The notes beneath the pieces are model-generated. The model searched no databases. It saw nothing but the letters and a program-made list of their open reading frames with translations, and had not been told where the DNA came from. From contig CAZBQI010000002.1 in NCBI GenBank assembly GCA_964494105.1, positions 18,936-82,935 of the forward strand: 64,000 nucleotides of DNA, read 5' to 3'. Source of the stretch: an uncultured Candidatus Saccharibacteria bacterium (GTDB taxonomy: Bacteria; Patescibacteriota; Saccharimonadia; CAZBQI01). The position numbers and the translations under genes were made by a program. Each line of letters begins with the position of its first letter. The first letter of the stretch is position 1. Below are positions 1 through 9,832 of this stretch, piece by piece.

Positions 1-228
1 CCTAGCGGCTCATACATCAGCAAAGTTTCGTTAACAGGCAACGAGAAGGAGCCAGTAGAATTGCTTATAAATGTAGACTCACCCGAAAAAGCGGGTGTTT
101 TACGTAACGCACTAAACGCCTCTGAGCGAATAAAGAGCGTCGATGTTCAAAGCGTCAGCAAAAACTCGGGCTCAACAGGCTATGTCGTGGAAATTGTTAT
201 TGCGTTTGAACCAGGTGCCATACGATGA
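1..228 (+). CDS. PilN-like type IV pilus assembly protein, 3' part (truncated by window edge)
   Basis: Frame 1 is open from base 1 to TGA at 226-228. It overlaps the next start as ATGA and lies upstream of a PilO-like gene. Confidence 0.55.
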   Translation, partial: PSGSYISKVSLTGNEKEPVELLINVDSPEKAGVLRNALNASERIKSVDVQSVSKNSGSTGYVVEIVIAFEPGAIR

Positions 229-779
229 AACCCAAAGTTTTAACATATATACTAATTCTTATTTTGGTGGCCATACTTGCTATTGGGTTTGGGGGGTTTG
301 TGTACGGACAAAGCATTCTAGATAAAAAGGTCCAAGATATTCAAAAAGTCAGCGCAGATATTAAACTGCAAACTCAAGAATTGGAGCATCTGGCTAAGCT
401 AGAAAAGAACTACCAACTAATTGCTCCGCTTGATAAAAAAGCTCAATCAGTCTTACCTGCACAAAAACAGCAAAGCGAAGTCATAGCCCAAATTTCAACA
501 CTGATTAGAAGAAACGGGATGAGCGTGGATGGTCTAACATTTGAAAAAACAGCAGGGCTGCCAAGTGAAAAAAGCCAGACTCAACCAGGACAGGTAGGCG
601 GAATTTTAGTGATGCCAGTAAAGTTCCAGGTCACAGCTACCTACGCTCAAATGATCGGACTACTAGCGAGTTTTGAGCAACAACAAAGATATATGCAAGT
701 AACAAGCCTCGACATTACTCGGCAGGAAGATCGATTACTGGTACTAAATATGAGTGTAAATGTGTTTTTAAAGCCATGA
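225..779 (+). CDS. pilO: PilO-like type IV pilus assembly protein
   Basis: N-terminal TM, coiled coil, VLP motif, and a C-terminal ferredoxin-like pattern (ATYAQMIGLLASFEQQQRYMQVTSLDIT). Confidence 0.7.
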   Translation: MKPKVLTYILILILVAILAIGFGGFVYGQSILDKKVQDIQKVSADIKLQTQELEHLAKLEKNYQLIAPLDKKAQSVLPAQKQQSEVIAQISTLIRRNGMSVDGLTFEKTAGLPSEKSQTQPGQVGGILVMPVKFQVTATYAQMIGLLASFEQQQRYMQVTSLDITRQEDRLLVLNMSVNVFLKP

Positions 780-1048
780 TTAATAAGGTAATAAACATTA
801 TTATAAAATATAGAATAATTATTTTATGGTCATTTATATTGCTGGTTTTCGGTCTTACACTTTTGAAGTTTAGAGCGATAAGCAATCCAACCCCAGATGA
901 TGATTACCTTCAGTCCAAAGAGCAGAGCTACCAGACCGATAAGATTAAAATCAAAGACAGTGTGCGCAAAGAAATTGAGAAACTAGAAGACACTCAGATA
1001 AACACAGACCCCGGACAGGTTGGCACAACTGACCCGTTTAATCCCTAG
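776..1048 (+). CDS. Small membrane-anchored pilus-associated protein (PilP-like position)
   Basis: N-terminal TM, C-terminal DPFNP, ATGA-coupled to pilO. Confidence 0.5.
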   Translation: MINKVINIIIKYRIIILWSFILLVFGLTLLKFRAISNPTPDDDYLQSKEQSYQTDKIKIKDSVRKEIEKLEDTQINTDPGQVGTTDPFNP

Positions 1049-1089
1049 TTGAGAAATATTATATCGCAAATAAATATGCTTATTGGTCT

Positions 1090-1674
1090 TTAGGGTTTAT
1101 CGGTTGTCGTTTCGCTGTTGCTAGAAACAACTTCAGGGCTAGACGCATGAGAGAATTTCAGTGAGTGGCGCCGTTCTTCGAAGGCCTCTTTAGTACTTAT
1201 AATCTGATTACTGATGAAGCTTGGGTTTCTAGCTAATCGAAAAATAAAGTTTTGTTGCTCGCCGGCAGTTTCAACTGTAATTGTTCCGAAATTAAATAAG
1301 TTCGAAATAAACCCTGGCTGAGTTACAGTCACATCTTCTATATCATCTAGGCTTAATTGTGACACTTTGGTGGCAAATGGCGTTAATTGCAACCGTTGAA
1401 TTATGCTCTCTGTGGTCAGTGTAAGAGTGTTGTTTCGGTAAATACTTATTGCCAAATAGGTTATCGTATAAACCAAAATCAAGACGGCGGTTGCAGTTAA
1501 GATCAACATTGGCGTGCCAAACTGGCGAAACAACTCCGGATTAAAGCCTAACTGATATAGAAAGTAAACATAGCCCACAAATGCCGCCATCATAAAAATA
1601 AAATACGGTAGCATCCCGAAAACGGTTCGACGAACAATAAGCACAACTTCTTCATCAGGGTCAATCTGTAACAT
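1090..1674 (-). CDS. Membrane protein with bacterial PH domain
   Basis: Two TMs, then IEDVTVTQPG...FNFGTITVETAGE typical of bPH domains. Confidence 0.7.
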   Translation of the reverse strand: MLQIDPDEEVVLIVRRTVFGMLPYFIFMMAAFVGYVYFLYQLGFNPELFRQFGTPMLILTATAVLILVYTITYLAISIYRNNTLTLTTESIIQRLQLTPFATKVSQLSLDDIEDVTVTQPGFISNLFNFGTITVETAGEQQNFIFRLARNPSFISNQIISTKEAFEERRHSLKFSHASSPEVVSSNSETTTDKP

Positions 1675-1710
1675 TCAATTATTATACACTATTATTCTTA
1701 TATTTGCAAC

Positions 1711-2730
1711 CTAAAGTAGTCCTGGCTGTTTAGATGATTCATTCTTAAAACCTAAGTGGCGATATGCTTTTTTAGTTACCTTTCTGCCTCGCGGGGTTCT
1801 TTCGATTAAGCCAATTTGCATTAAATATGGCTCGTATACATCCTCAATGGTAGAACGCTCTTCAGCTACTAGGGCTGCAATCGTATCTACGCCAACCGGC
1901 CCGCCTTTATGTTTTTCGATGATAGACAACAACATACTCCTGTCGCCACTGTCTAGACCAAGCTCATCAATTTCCAAAAGTGCTAAGGCTTTTTTAGCAG
2001 CTTCATCGTCAACAGTGCCATTGCCTTCAACTTCTGCCATGTCTCTAACTCTTCGCAATAATCTATTGGCCACTCGGGGAGTAAGCCTCGCACGAGTTGA
2101 AATTAATTTTGCGGCAGACTGATTCATCTGCAAATCAAGAATTGAAGCGGATCGTTTAAGAATTTCTAAGATTTCACTATCTTCGTAAAAAGCCAAGCGG
2201 TGCACTATTCCAAATCGATCACGCAAAGGTGCCGAAAGTGTGCCCACTCGGGTAGTTGCGCCAATTATTGTAAATTTTGGCAAATCTAGGCGCAATGACC
2301 GTGCAGATGGTCCCTTGCCAAGCATTATATCTAGACGAAAATCCTCCATTGCCGGATAAAGTACTTCTTCGACCGTACGCGGAAGGCGGTGTATCTCGTC
2401 AATAAATAGAATGTCGCCATCTGAAAGATTGGTTAATAGAGAAGCTAAATCACCGGCACGCTCAATCGCCGGTCCACTGGTTACTTTAAGCTCTACGCCC
2501 ATCTCATGTGCAATTACACCAGCCAAAGTAGTTTTCCCAAGTCCAGGTGCACCATAAAGTAAAATATGATCTACTGGCTCACCTCGCTTTTTTGCTGCCA
2601 TAATTGCCAGCTTCAGATTTTTCTTGGTGGTTTCTTGTCCAATATAGCTAGCGAAATCTTTTGGCCTGAGCGTTACCTCTACCAGCTGATCCTCTGGCTC
2701 ATCGATGGTATCTATAATTCGTTCAATCAT
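1711..2730 (-). CDS. ruvB: Holliday junction branch migration helicase RuvB
   Basis: [30 protein letters not shown]...RTPRGR. Confidence 0.98.
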   Translation of the reverse strand: MIERIIDTIDEPEDQLVEVTLRPKDFASYIGQETTKKNLKLAIMAAKKRGEPVDHILLYGAPGLGKTTLAGVIAHEMGVELKVTSGPAIERAGDLASLLTNLSDGDILFIDEIHRLPRTVEEVLYPAMEDFRLDIMLGKGPSARSLRLDLPKFTIIGATTRVGTLSAPLRDRFGIVHRLAFYEDSEILEILKRSASILDLQMNQSAAKLISTRARLTPRVANRLLRRVRDMAEVEGNGTVDDEAAKKALALLEIDELGLDSGDRSMLLSIIEKHKGGPVGVDTIAALVAEERSTIEDVYEPYLMQIGLIERTPRGRKVTKKAYRHLGFKNESSKQPGLL

Positions 2731-3284
2731 TTGCCCAGCTCACGCAGTGCCCACTTAATTCGATCCTCGTCGCTATTAAGTTCGCTGGGCATTTTTGCTA
2801 TAACCTCATGAGACTGGACGGTAGAATAGCCAAGTTGCGTCAGCGCTTCGTATAATGACGTATTGGATTTACTGCTTAGAATATCGACATTGCTACCTAG
2901 CTTATTGCTTAAGTCGACAATAATGCGCTCAGCAACTCGCTTGCCAACACCGGATACGGTTTGAAGTGCTGCGATATTACCAGAGCGTATAACATCACTT
3001 AAATTTTCGACACCGGATACTATCGCTAGAGCTACTTTTGGCCCAACACCGTTTACGCTGAGTAGCTGCTCAAACATACCTTTGTTAGCTTTGTCGGTAA
3101 AACCATACAAATCATGCGTATCTTCACGTATATGTTCGTATATAAAGTAGTTTTTGGTCTCACCTAGCTTGAGGCCAGTAATCTCGCTAATGGGACAGAA
3201 TAATTCGTATCCAACCCCGTTAACATCAAGGACTAAACTTGATAAATCAATATTTGCAACTGTACCCGATAAGGTGGCTATCAT
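2727..3284 (-). CDS. ruvA: Holliday junction branch migration protein RuvA
   Basis: [33 protein letters not shown]. Confidence 0.97.
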   Translation of the reverse strand: MIATLSGTVANIDLSSLVLDVNGVGYELFCPISEITGLKLGETKNYFIYEHIREDTHDLYGFTDKANKGMFEQLLSVNGVGPKVALAIVSGVENLSDVIRSGNIAALQTVSGVGKRVAERIIVDLSNKLGSNVDILSSKSNTSLYEALTQLGYSTVQSHEVIAKMPSELNSDEDRIKWALRELGK

Positions 3285-3292
3285 CTTTCACA

Positions 3293-3766
3293 TTATGAAG
3301 TGATTGTAGCGCCGTGACAAATGGCGATGGCAATCGCATCAGCTGCGTCATCAGGTTTTGGTATGCTTTTTAGGTTCAGGATTGTCTTTACCATTTCTTG
3401 TACCTGGCGTTTATCGGCCTTGCCATAGCCTGTTATGGCCTGCTTCACCTGTAGCGGCGTGTACTCTGCTAGTTCTAGCCCAAACTGAGCACCGAGTAAA
3501 AGGACAACACCGCGCGCATGACTAACAGACATCGCAGTAGTGACGTTCTTAGCGAAATATAACTGCTCGACTGCGATTTGGCTCGGCTTAAATTCTTGGA
3601 TTAGCGTATTGAGTTCGTTAAATATTGTTAGTAATCGTAAATCTAAGGCTTGTTTGGCTGGAGTACGTATAACACCTGCTCCCAGCAAAATGATTTCGCC
3701 CTTTTGTTGATCAATTACGCCAAAACCGGTTATAGCGGTGCCGGGGTCTATACCCAGAATTATCAT
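3293..3766 (-). CDS. ruvC: Crossover junction endodeoxyribonuclease RuvC
   Basis: ILGIDPG, EYTPLQVK, KPDDAADAIAIAICH. Confidence 0.98.
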   Translation of the reverse strand: MIILGIDPGTAITGFGVIDQQKGEIILLGAGVIRTPAKQALDLRLLTIFNELNTLIQEFKPSQIAVEQLYFAKNVTTAMSVSHARGVVLLLGAQFGLELAEYTPLQVKQAITGYGKADKRQVQEMVKTILNLKSIPKPDDAADAIAIAICHGATITS

Positions 3767-4504
3767 CTACATACTCTCGATAATTGAGGTATCGATATCG
3801 GCGTTATTTGTCGTATTCGATACATCATCGAGTTCTTCGAGAGCATCGATTAGATTTACAATTTTTTGGGCAGTCGATAATTCACCAATCGGCACTGTTG
3901 TATTAGGCACAAACGCCAGCTCAGCAGATTCTATTACTTCACCAAGATCTTCGAGTTTTGAGCGTATATTGTTTAGCTGATTGGCTGTTGTATACAGCGT
4001 TAGGGTGCCTTCATCCTCTTCGATATCATCAACACCCGCATCAATGGCGTTGAGCATGCTGGTATCTTTATCGCCAGGCTTAAGAACAACTATACCTTTT
4101 TTACTAAACTGAAAGGCCACTGCCCCACTTTCGGCCATATTGCCCCCGCCTTTATTAAAGGCGTTGCGTACATCTGAAAGAGTACGATTTTTATTATCAG
4201 TTGCGCACTCCACGATAACTGCAACACCGCCCGGCCCATAGCCTTCGTAGACGACTTCTTGAATCTGTGCGCCCCCTAGCTGGCCACTGCCACGCGCTAT
4301 AGATTTTTCTATATTTACATTTGGCATATTGGCAGCCTTGGCTTTATCTATAGCTAGCCGTAACTTAAAGTTCATTTCTGGGTCAGCACCATCCTTGGCG
4401 GCAATCGCGACAGCATTTGCTAGTCGAGTAAACTCAGCCCCACGCTTGGCATCGGCTGCGCCCTTTTTTCTTTTTATAGAATGCCACTTGGAATGACCAG
4501 ACAT
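3767..4504 (-). CDS. yebC: YebC/PmpR family protein
   Basis: MSGHSKWHSIK, YEGYGPGG, TDNKNRT; conserved synteny with ruvC. Confidence 0.97.
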   Translation of the reverse strand: MSGHSKWHSIKRKKGAADAKRGAEFTRLANAVAIAAKDGADPEMNFKLRLAIDKAKAANMPNVNIEKSIARGSGQLGGAQIQEVVYEGYGPGGVAVIVECATDNKNRTLSDVRNAFNKGGGNMAESGAVAFQFSKKGIVVLKPGDKDTSMLNAIDAGVDDIEEDEGTLTLYTTANQLNNIRSKLEDLGEVIESAELAFVPNTTVPIGELSTAQKIVNLIDALEELDDVSNTTNNADIDTSIIESM

Positions 4505-4541
4505 CTGATTTACCTCTTATAGAGATTATAACAAATAGTAT

Positions 4542-5303
4542 TTAGTCGGTCTTGCTAGCAAACACTACGGTATTGGCTAAATATTCGCCCGTTGCGCGAT
4601 TGAATTGACCACCACATGTAATAAGCCTGAGCCCCGCATATTTAGTATTGCCATAGACTTGCTCTGTAGGAAAGTTATCTTGCTGAAACTGTTGCACTCC
4701 GTCTACTTTAAATTTCACTATACTTCCGTCGGCACGCGTTACTTCTATATTATCGCCGGCTTTTAATTCTTTGAGCCGATAAAAGATGGCGGGACCTTTG
4801 TAGTTATCAACATGCCCCACGATTATACTTGGTCCGGTTTGGCCAGGCGTTGGTGAATACTTATACCACCCAGCTACATCATATGCATCGGGCGTCTCTA
4901 ACGTGCCATCTGCTTCTGTACCTAGTGTTATTAGATTTGTACTAATTCCAACACCGGGAACGCGCAAGGAAACAGGCTCTGACCTTGAAAGCCCATTAGA
5001 CGATAAATTACTTGGCGCCTGAATAGCCTGCTTTGGCGCTGGCAAGGATCCGCTAGAGACCACTGGGCGTTGACTATAGAAGCCAAAATATACCGCTCCT
5101 AATATCCCAATAACTAGCAACACTGCCGTTAGAAAACTTTGGCTGCTAAACGGCAAAGCAATAGTTACTGGTATTGGTTTACTTTGGTTCTTTTTTTCTG
5201 GTAAATAGAAAAGCAGCAGCCAGCCAAAAGCCAGCTGCTGCCCGAAGAAGATAACATCATCAAATGTAAGCTGTAGGTGCAAACGCTTGATGGTTGTCTT
5301 CAT
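4542..5303 (-). CDS. Class F sortase
   Basis: GWY..SPTPGQ.G..IIVGHVD, LRLITCGG; start uncertain. Confidence 0.88.
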   Translation of the reverse strand: MKTTIKRLHLQLTFDDVIFFGQQLAFGWLLLFYLPEKKNQSKPIPVTIALPFSSQSFLTAVLLVIGILGAVYFGFYSQRPVVSSGSLPAPKQAIQAPSNLSSNGLSRSEPVSLRVPGVGISTNLITLGTEADGTLETPDAYDVAGWYKYSPTPGQTGPSIIVGHVDNYKGPAIFYRLKELKAGDNIEVTRADGSIVKFKVDGVQQFQQDNFPTEQVYGNTKYAGLRLITCGGQFNRATGEYLANTVVFASKTD

Positions 5304-5317
5304 TCGCTTTGCTCCTC

Positions 5318-5836
5318 TTATCCGCGTCGTAAACGCATGCGGATCAGACCGTATCCAGCGCTAGCGATAGAACCGCTGAAGCCAAGTAGGCCAAATGCGT
5401 TAGCATCTGCAGCGCCACCAGCACCAGCCTTTACTCCACCTTTAGGTACAGCTGCGACTTGTGTAGCAGTAACCGCTGCAGCCTGAGTAACGTTAGTTAC
5501 GTTATTAACACTGCAGTCAGGGTTAAATGTAACGCTAGCAGATTGGTTGTTACTTTGGTTGTTGCTTTGGTTGTTGCTTTGGTCAACACTTGGTGAATTA
5601 TCACCTGCGCCATTTTCCTCACCATTGCTTTGACCCAGGTTTCCCCCAAGGTTTAACCCAATGTTACCAGCAGTCTGGTTTACGCTTGTAACAATTACAC
5701 CACTACAGTTCCCGTTGACACTATAGTTAGTTGTGCTAGACGAACTAGCAGATTGCGCAGCTACCGGAGCTACCAATCCCATGGCCACGATGGCCGTTGC
5801 ACCGGCTGAGCCAAGTGCGAGTTTAATTTTAGACAT
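5318..5836 (-). CDS. Secreted N/Q/S-rich protein with VPKGGVKAG sorting-like motif, TM and basic tail (probable class F sortase substrate)
   Basis: SD GGGAGGAGG before ATG 5836, signal peptide, QSNN repeats, C-terminal TM plus RMRLRRG. Confidence 0.7.
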   Translation of the reverse strand: MSKIKLALGSAGATAIVAMGLVAPVAAQSASSSSTTNYSVNGNCSGVIVTSVNQTAGNIGLNLGGNLGQSNGEENGAGDNSPSVDQSNNQSNNQSNNQSASVTFNPDCSVNNVTNVTQAAAVTATQVAAVPKGGVKAGAGGAADANAFGLLGFSGSIASAGYGLIRMRLRRG

Positions 5837-5981
5837 TTTGTCCTCCTCCCTTTTCAAGGGTTATTTATTAACAACCTCAATATAGGCTTAATAAAGAGGG
5901 GGTGTCAATGCGCTTTTCTTTTATGCTAATGCTTATTTTTAGCTAAGCACAGCCATTATTATCTGACTAATGAAATCTACT

Positions 5982-7451
5982 CTACACGAAGTCAAAATAA
6001 TTATTCTTTATGTTTTTATCAAATTTTACTTTTTTTACCTTGATATACATAATAATTTGAACTGAAAATATAATTCCGTACATTGTAATTAACTGCCAAG
6101 GCAATAAGACCAACTGCTGACTAGCCCAAGATATCTGCGACAATTTTTCAATGCTGAAGACATTAAAGTGTAGTAGCCAACGCGCCGGCCAACCAATCCA
6201 ACCTGAATATACCGGGAACAACATTCCACTAAGACCTGCTAGAAAAGTCAGCAACATCGCTAATGGCACAAGTGGCAAAACTATCAAATTAGCAACAAAG
6301 GAAATTATTGAAACACGACTAAAAATGAATAGGATGAGTGGAAGTGTCATAATTTGAGCACAAAATGTTTCTATCGTTAGTTGCCACAACGCCCCAGGGC
6401 TTTTCTTTGGAAATAGGCGTGCCGAAATAGTGGGCGCCAAAATTAACACCCCATAGAAAGCCAGAAACGATAGATACCAACCAATATCAAACCAAAGGTA
6501 GCTGGGATTTAATCCGGCTGTAATAACTGCAGATACTAAAAGCAGAATACTGGCTTTTATAGTTCGGCCATAATACCAGGCAAGCAAGGCAATGGTTGAT
6601 ACTATAGCTGCACGCATTACAGAGGGACTAAGACCTGTCACCGCCAAAAAACTAAAAATCAATGCAAAAGAAATTGCCGTGGCTAAATACTTTGAAGATC
6701 TAGAAAATACCCGACGTGCAAATCTTACTAAAATTGTCAGATTGTATCCAGACACCGCAACTATATGCATCAGGCCAGTGATAACTAGTGCATCTTCGAG
6801 GCTACTTGGTAATAATGACCTGGTGCCAACTAGCAGACCCAGACCAAGCGAAGCCTGAACTTCGGGCAGAGCATTATATGTTCCAGCTATAAATTTGCTC
6901 CTTAATCTCTCAATATATGATTGGTTTCTGGCAACTAGCGAAATTTGCGCATAGTAAATTTGGCCTTGTTGATTGCCAAGTGAGGGTCGCAATCTGCCTT
7001 CTACCCTTATTACATCATTGCGATTTATTTTTGTCTTGGGGAAACCGCGCACCTTAATACGTCCCCCGCTGGGCACTTGTTCATTGGGTTTAGAAATATA
7101 TAAATTAGTTACCCGAAATTCGATTTGCTTTCTATCCGTTATGCTTGCATCTTCGGCAACCGTGCCGACAATCACTACTTTCTTGTTTAACTCACTCATG
7201 AGCGGAATGTAAGAAGATACTACACTTTGTCCTCTAGCTAGTCCGATATTTAAGAAAAACAAGGCCAAAACCAGAAAGAGAACCTTTTTGTTCTTAAGGA
7301 CCGCAATTAATACTATGAAGTTAGCCACTATTAGCTGCCAATTGGTTGCAACCCCGAAGCGTGACGCCCATAGTCCAAGCAGAAAAGTAGCGCAAGCCAA
7401 TCCTACTAGTCGAGATCTTGTCCAGTTAAATCTTGCAAACGGTGGTTTCAT
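5982..7451 (-). CDS. comEC: ComEC/Rec2 competence protein (no C-terminal metallo-beta-lactamase domain)
   Basis: OB-like domain, GLMHIVAVSGYN, SPSVMRAA, GWYLSF. Confidence 0.92.
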   Translation of the reverse strand: MKPPFARFNWTRSRLVGLACATFLLGLWASRFGVATNWQLIVANFIVLIAVLKNKKVLFLVLALFFLNIGLARGQSVVSSYIPLMSELNKKVVIVGTVAEDASITDRKQIEFRVTNLYISKPNEQVPSGGRIKVRGFPKTKINRNDVIRVEGRLRPSLGNQQGQIYYAQISLVARNQSYIERLRSKFIAGTYNALPEVQASLGLGLLVGTRSLLPSSLEDALVITGLMHIVAVSGYNLTILVRFARRVFSRSSKYLATAISFALIFSFLAVTGLSPSVMRAAIVSTIALLAWYYGRTIKASILLLVSAVITAGLNPSYLWFDIGWYLSFLAFYGVLILAPTISARLFPKKSPGALWQLTIETFCAQIMTLPLILFIFSRVSIISFVANLIVLPLVPLAMLLTFLAGLSGMLFPVYSGWIGWPARWLLHFNVFSIEKLSQISWASQQLVLLPWQLITMYGIIFSVQIIMYIKVKKVKFDKNIKNNYFDFV

Positions 7452-7540
7452 CAAAACTATTTTATCGCTGAGTACAAACTTGGAAAAGCCGATTTCTAGC
7501 TATTCTATATGATGCGATAAGCTTTTATATATTTGTAATT

Positions 7541-7620
7541 GAGATGTATTGAGATGTATTGAGATGTATTTAGATGTATTTAGATGTATTTAGATGTATT
7601 TAGATGTATTTAGATGTATT
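7541..7620. repeat. Tandem 10-bp repeat, 8 copies: (GAGATGTATT)3(TAGATGTATT)5
   Basis: Read directly; intergenic, upstream of comEC. Confidence 0.97.
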
Positions 7621-7706
7621 GGCATTTATGGATGCTAGCAACTCTAGTGGATAAGCAATCAGTAAATACAAGTTTACAATAAACCTGCTATAGCAATTTT
7701 TTACGC

Positions 7707-8399
7707 TCATGGGCTGTAGCAATAATTTGTGATGCCTTCAGCTAGAATTTCTTCAGAACTTAATACTCTCTTTCCAAGTACCTCGTAATCTAGTGCTAGT
7801 GGCAATTCAGTACAACCCAGAATTATTGCATCTGCTTTTTGGTCAAACATTGAAGACAAAACTTCCACATACTCTTTGCGTGCAGGTATTTCTTTGATGC
7901 CCGCAATGACACTTCTTATGACGATGTCACACGTTTCAATTTGGGCTGCATTTGGCTTTATCAGTTCTATACCGCGTTTTTCAAGAGCACTTTCATAAAT
8001 GCCGGAAGCAAGTAAAACAGGGGTGCCCAGCAGGGCAACTTTTGAATATCCAAGTAGTTTGCATCTTTCTGCAACTAGCTCAACCATCGATAGAAATAGA
8101 ATAGATACTTCTTTTTCTAGGTCTTGTAATAGAATATGTACCGTATTGCTTCCAATACACATTGCTTTGCATCCGGCACGTTCGAGTCCCTTAGCTGCTT
8201 CGATTAGCATTTGTCTCGCTTCTTCTAAATGCTTCTTGCTGGAAATAAAATCAGGCACAGGCACAGAAGCTATCAGCATGTCCGGATAGTCTTCGTTATT
8301 AACTGCACCGTGATTCGTTTGAGCCGAAGTTACTATCTTTTGATATAGAAAGGCCGTTGCTTGAGGGCCGACTCCACCGATTATTCCAATTCTTTTCAT
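7707..8399 (-). CDS. Aspartate/glutamate racemase family protein
   Basis: IGIIGGVGP, GSNTVH, IILGCTELPL. Confidence 0.88.
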   Translation of the reverse strand: MKRIGIIGGVGPQATAFLYQKIVTSAQTNHGAVNNEDYPDMLIASVPVPDFISSKKHLEEARQMLIEAAKGLERAGCKAMCIGSNTVHILLQDLEKEVSILFLSMVELVAERCKLLGYSKVALLGTPVLLASGIYESALEKRGIELIKPNAAQIETCDIVIRSVIAGIKEIPARKEYVEVLSSMFDQKADAIILGCTELPLALDYEVLGKRVLSSEEILAEGITNYCYSP

Positions 8400-8461
8400 G
8401 TGTTAATTGTATCAAGAAAACAGAGGATAATTAGCTCGATTTTTTGTATAAGTCATTGAAG

Positions 8462-8643
8462 TGCCCCGCCTGTCTGGCGGACAGGTCGGGCAGACTGGTG
8501 GGATAAACGCTTCGCTACTCGCAATGATCGCATGCTCGAAGTAAACTTCTGCGCGTGCTCCCTGTGATCGAACCCGCCCTAGCTGGCGCTGGGTTCTCAT
8601 CATGTCATTCCAATTCTTTACTCACCTATGGTGAACAAAGAAT
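8462..8643 (-). repeat. tRNA-linked structured element A (interrupted copy of tRNA-Lys 3' arm plus hairpins)
   Basis: CTGGTGGGAT (8495-8504) and TCGAACCC (8568-8575) match the adjacent tRNA, separated by a 63-nt insert. A palindrome lies at 8462-8492 and an inverted repeat at 8610-8646. Confidence 0.7.
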
Positions 8644-8720
8644 TGGAGGGCCTGGTGGGATTCGAACCCACGACACGCGGCTTAAAAGGCCGCTGCTCTA
8701 ACCAACTGAGCTACAGGCCC
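8644..8720 (-). tRNA. tRNA-Lys(TTT)
   Basis: Reverse complement GGGCCTGTAGCTCAG...GCGGC CTTTTAA GCCGC...GTTCGAATCCCACCAGGCCCTCCA folds as a cloverleaf with CCA end. Confidence 0.96.
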
Positions 8721-8764
8721 GTGTCAATATAACAACACTACTATAACAGAGGTAGTTTGGCAAT

Positions 8765-9280
8765 TTATTTCTTACCCTTAAACTTGTCTGCGTTTGCGGC
8801 TTTTTTGTGCGCAAAACTATCGATAATAATTACAATGGCCATCGCGACCAATAACCAAACCCGGTAATAGTAGAGTTGCAGAGCAATAAACGAACGTTCT
8901 ATTAAATATTGCCGCCATTCATCGGGAATGTAGGCAAGAATGTTTGCAAGTAATGAAAGTGTAACAGTAGATACATATGCTACGAATTTGACAGGATTCA
9001 TCCGCCGCTTATCTGGCGTGTGGTTAATACCAAGAATAATTGTGGGGATTAGTAAAAGTGCGAGCTGCATAAAATTCACAGCATTTAAGCTATTAAACCA
9101 TTCAAACTTTGGAGCCAAAAATTCGTATAAAGGGGTAGCGACCGTTTGTGCTAACACCAAGCCAACAAACTGGCCAAGGCCAATATATTTTACATGGCTA
9201 TTCCAGTGCAAAATCAACGCAACCACGCCCATTGTAGAGAGAGTAATAATTATATCGATACTTATTTCAGGAATGCTCAT
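8765..9280 (-). CDS. Hypothetical multi-pass membrane protein
   Basis: About 5 hydrophobic segments; SD AAGG. Confidence 0.65.
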   Translation of the reverse strand: MSIPEISIDIIITLSTMGVVALILHWNSHVKYIGLGQFVGLVLAQTVATPLYEFLAPKFEWFNSLNAVNFMQLALLLIPTIILGINHTPDKRRMNPVKFVAYVSTVTLSLLANILAYIPDEWRQYLIERSFIALQLYYYRVWLLVAMAIVIIIDSFAHKKAANADKFKGKK

Positions 9281-9331
9281 GTAAATACTTTCGCCTTATC
9301 TATTTGCTTATGTTTTATTATAGTGTAGCTT

Positions 9332-9832
9332 CTACTGAAAGCGTAGCATTGAGCCAATGCGTATCTTGTGTGTATCGATATAACCGGCAGGCAATTCGAC
9401 CACTGAATTTACCGGTATAGAAGAATAGTATACGTTCGGATAAGACGAAGGGCTGATGTTCCTTACCAAACCAACGACTTTTCCGTCTGCAGTAACCCAT
9501 AATACATCTATCGGAAATCTCATATCTTTCATCCAAATGCCACCGGGAGTTTTCTTCTGAAAACTAAGAATAAACGCTTGCCCGTCAGCTAGGCTATTTC
9601 GATCACTTAATCCTTTGGTGCGTTCTTGTTCGTCGTCTGCAATCTGGGCCTGCAGTACCCGACCATCCAACGTTACATTTCTAGTGGGCAGTTGTTGTCT
9701 GCGATCTAGCTTACCAAACAGCTGACTTATGGTTAGTACGGCAAAAAATATAATCGTGCAGGCGACAAACAGCCAAACCTGATTGCGTTTATTAGGCGCC
9801 AATGCGATCTTGTTTTTGCTTGCGTGAGGCAT
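9332..9832 (-). CDS. DUF192 family protein
   Basis: ERTKGLS.R, IWMKDMRFPIDVLW, VVELPAG; start uncertain. Confidence 0.88.
   Translation of the reverse strand: MPHASKNKIALAPNKRNQVWLFVACTIIFFAVLTISQLFGKLDRRQQLPTRNVTLDGRVLQAQIADDEQERTKGLSDRNSLADGQAFILSFQKKTPGGIWMKDMRFPIDVLWVTADGKVVGLVRNISPSSYPNVYYSSIPVNSVVELPAGYIDTHKIRIGSMLRFQ

Noticed and set aside
143-325. 60-aa ORF
   Set aside because: Out of frame with the PilN-like and PilO genes it overlaps
7541-7620. CRISPR array
   Set aside because: Contiguous 10-bp units with no spacers and no cas genes
7500-7700. Replication origin
   Set aside because: Only one imperfect DnaA box, no dnaA/dnaN nearby, and no switch in gene orientation
8412-8603. 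63-aa ORF
   Set aside because: Overlies the structured tRNA-linked element; no protein-like features
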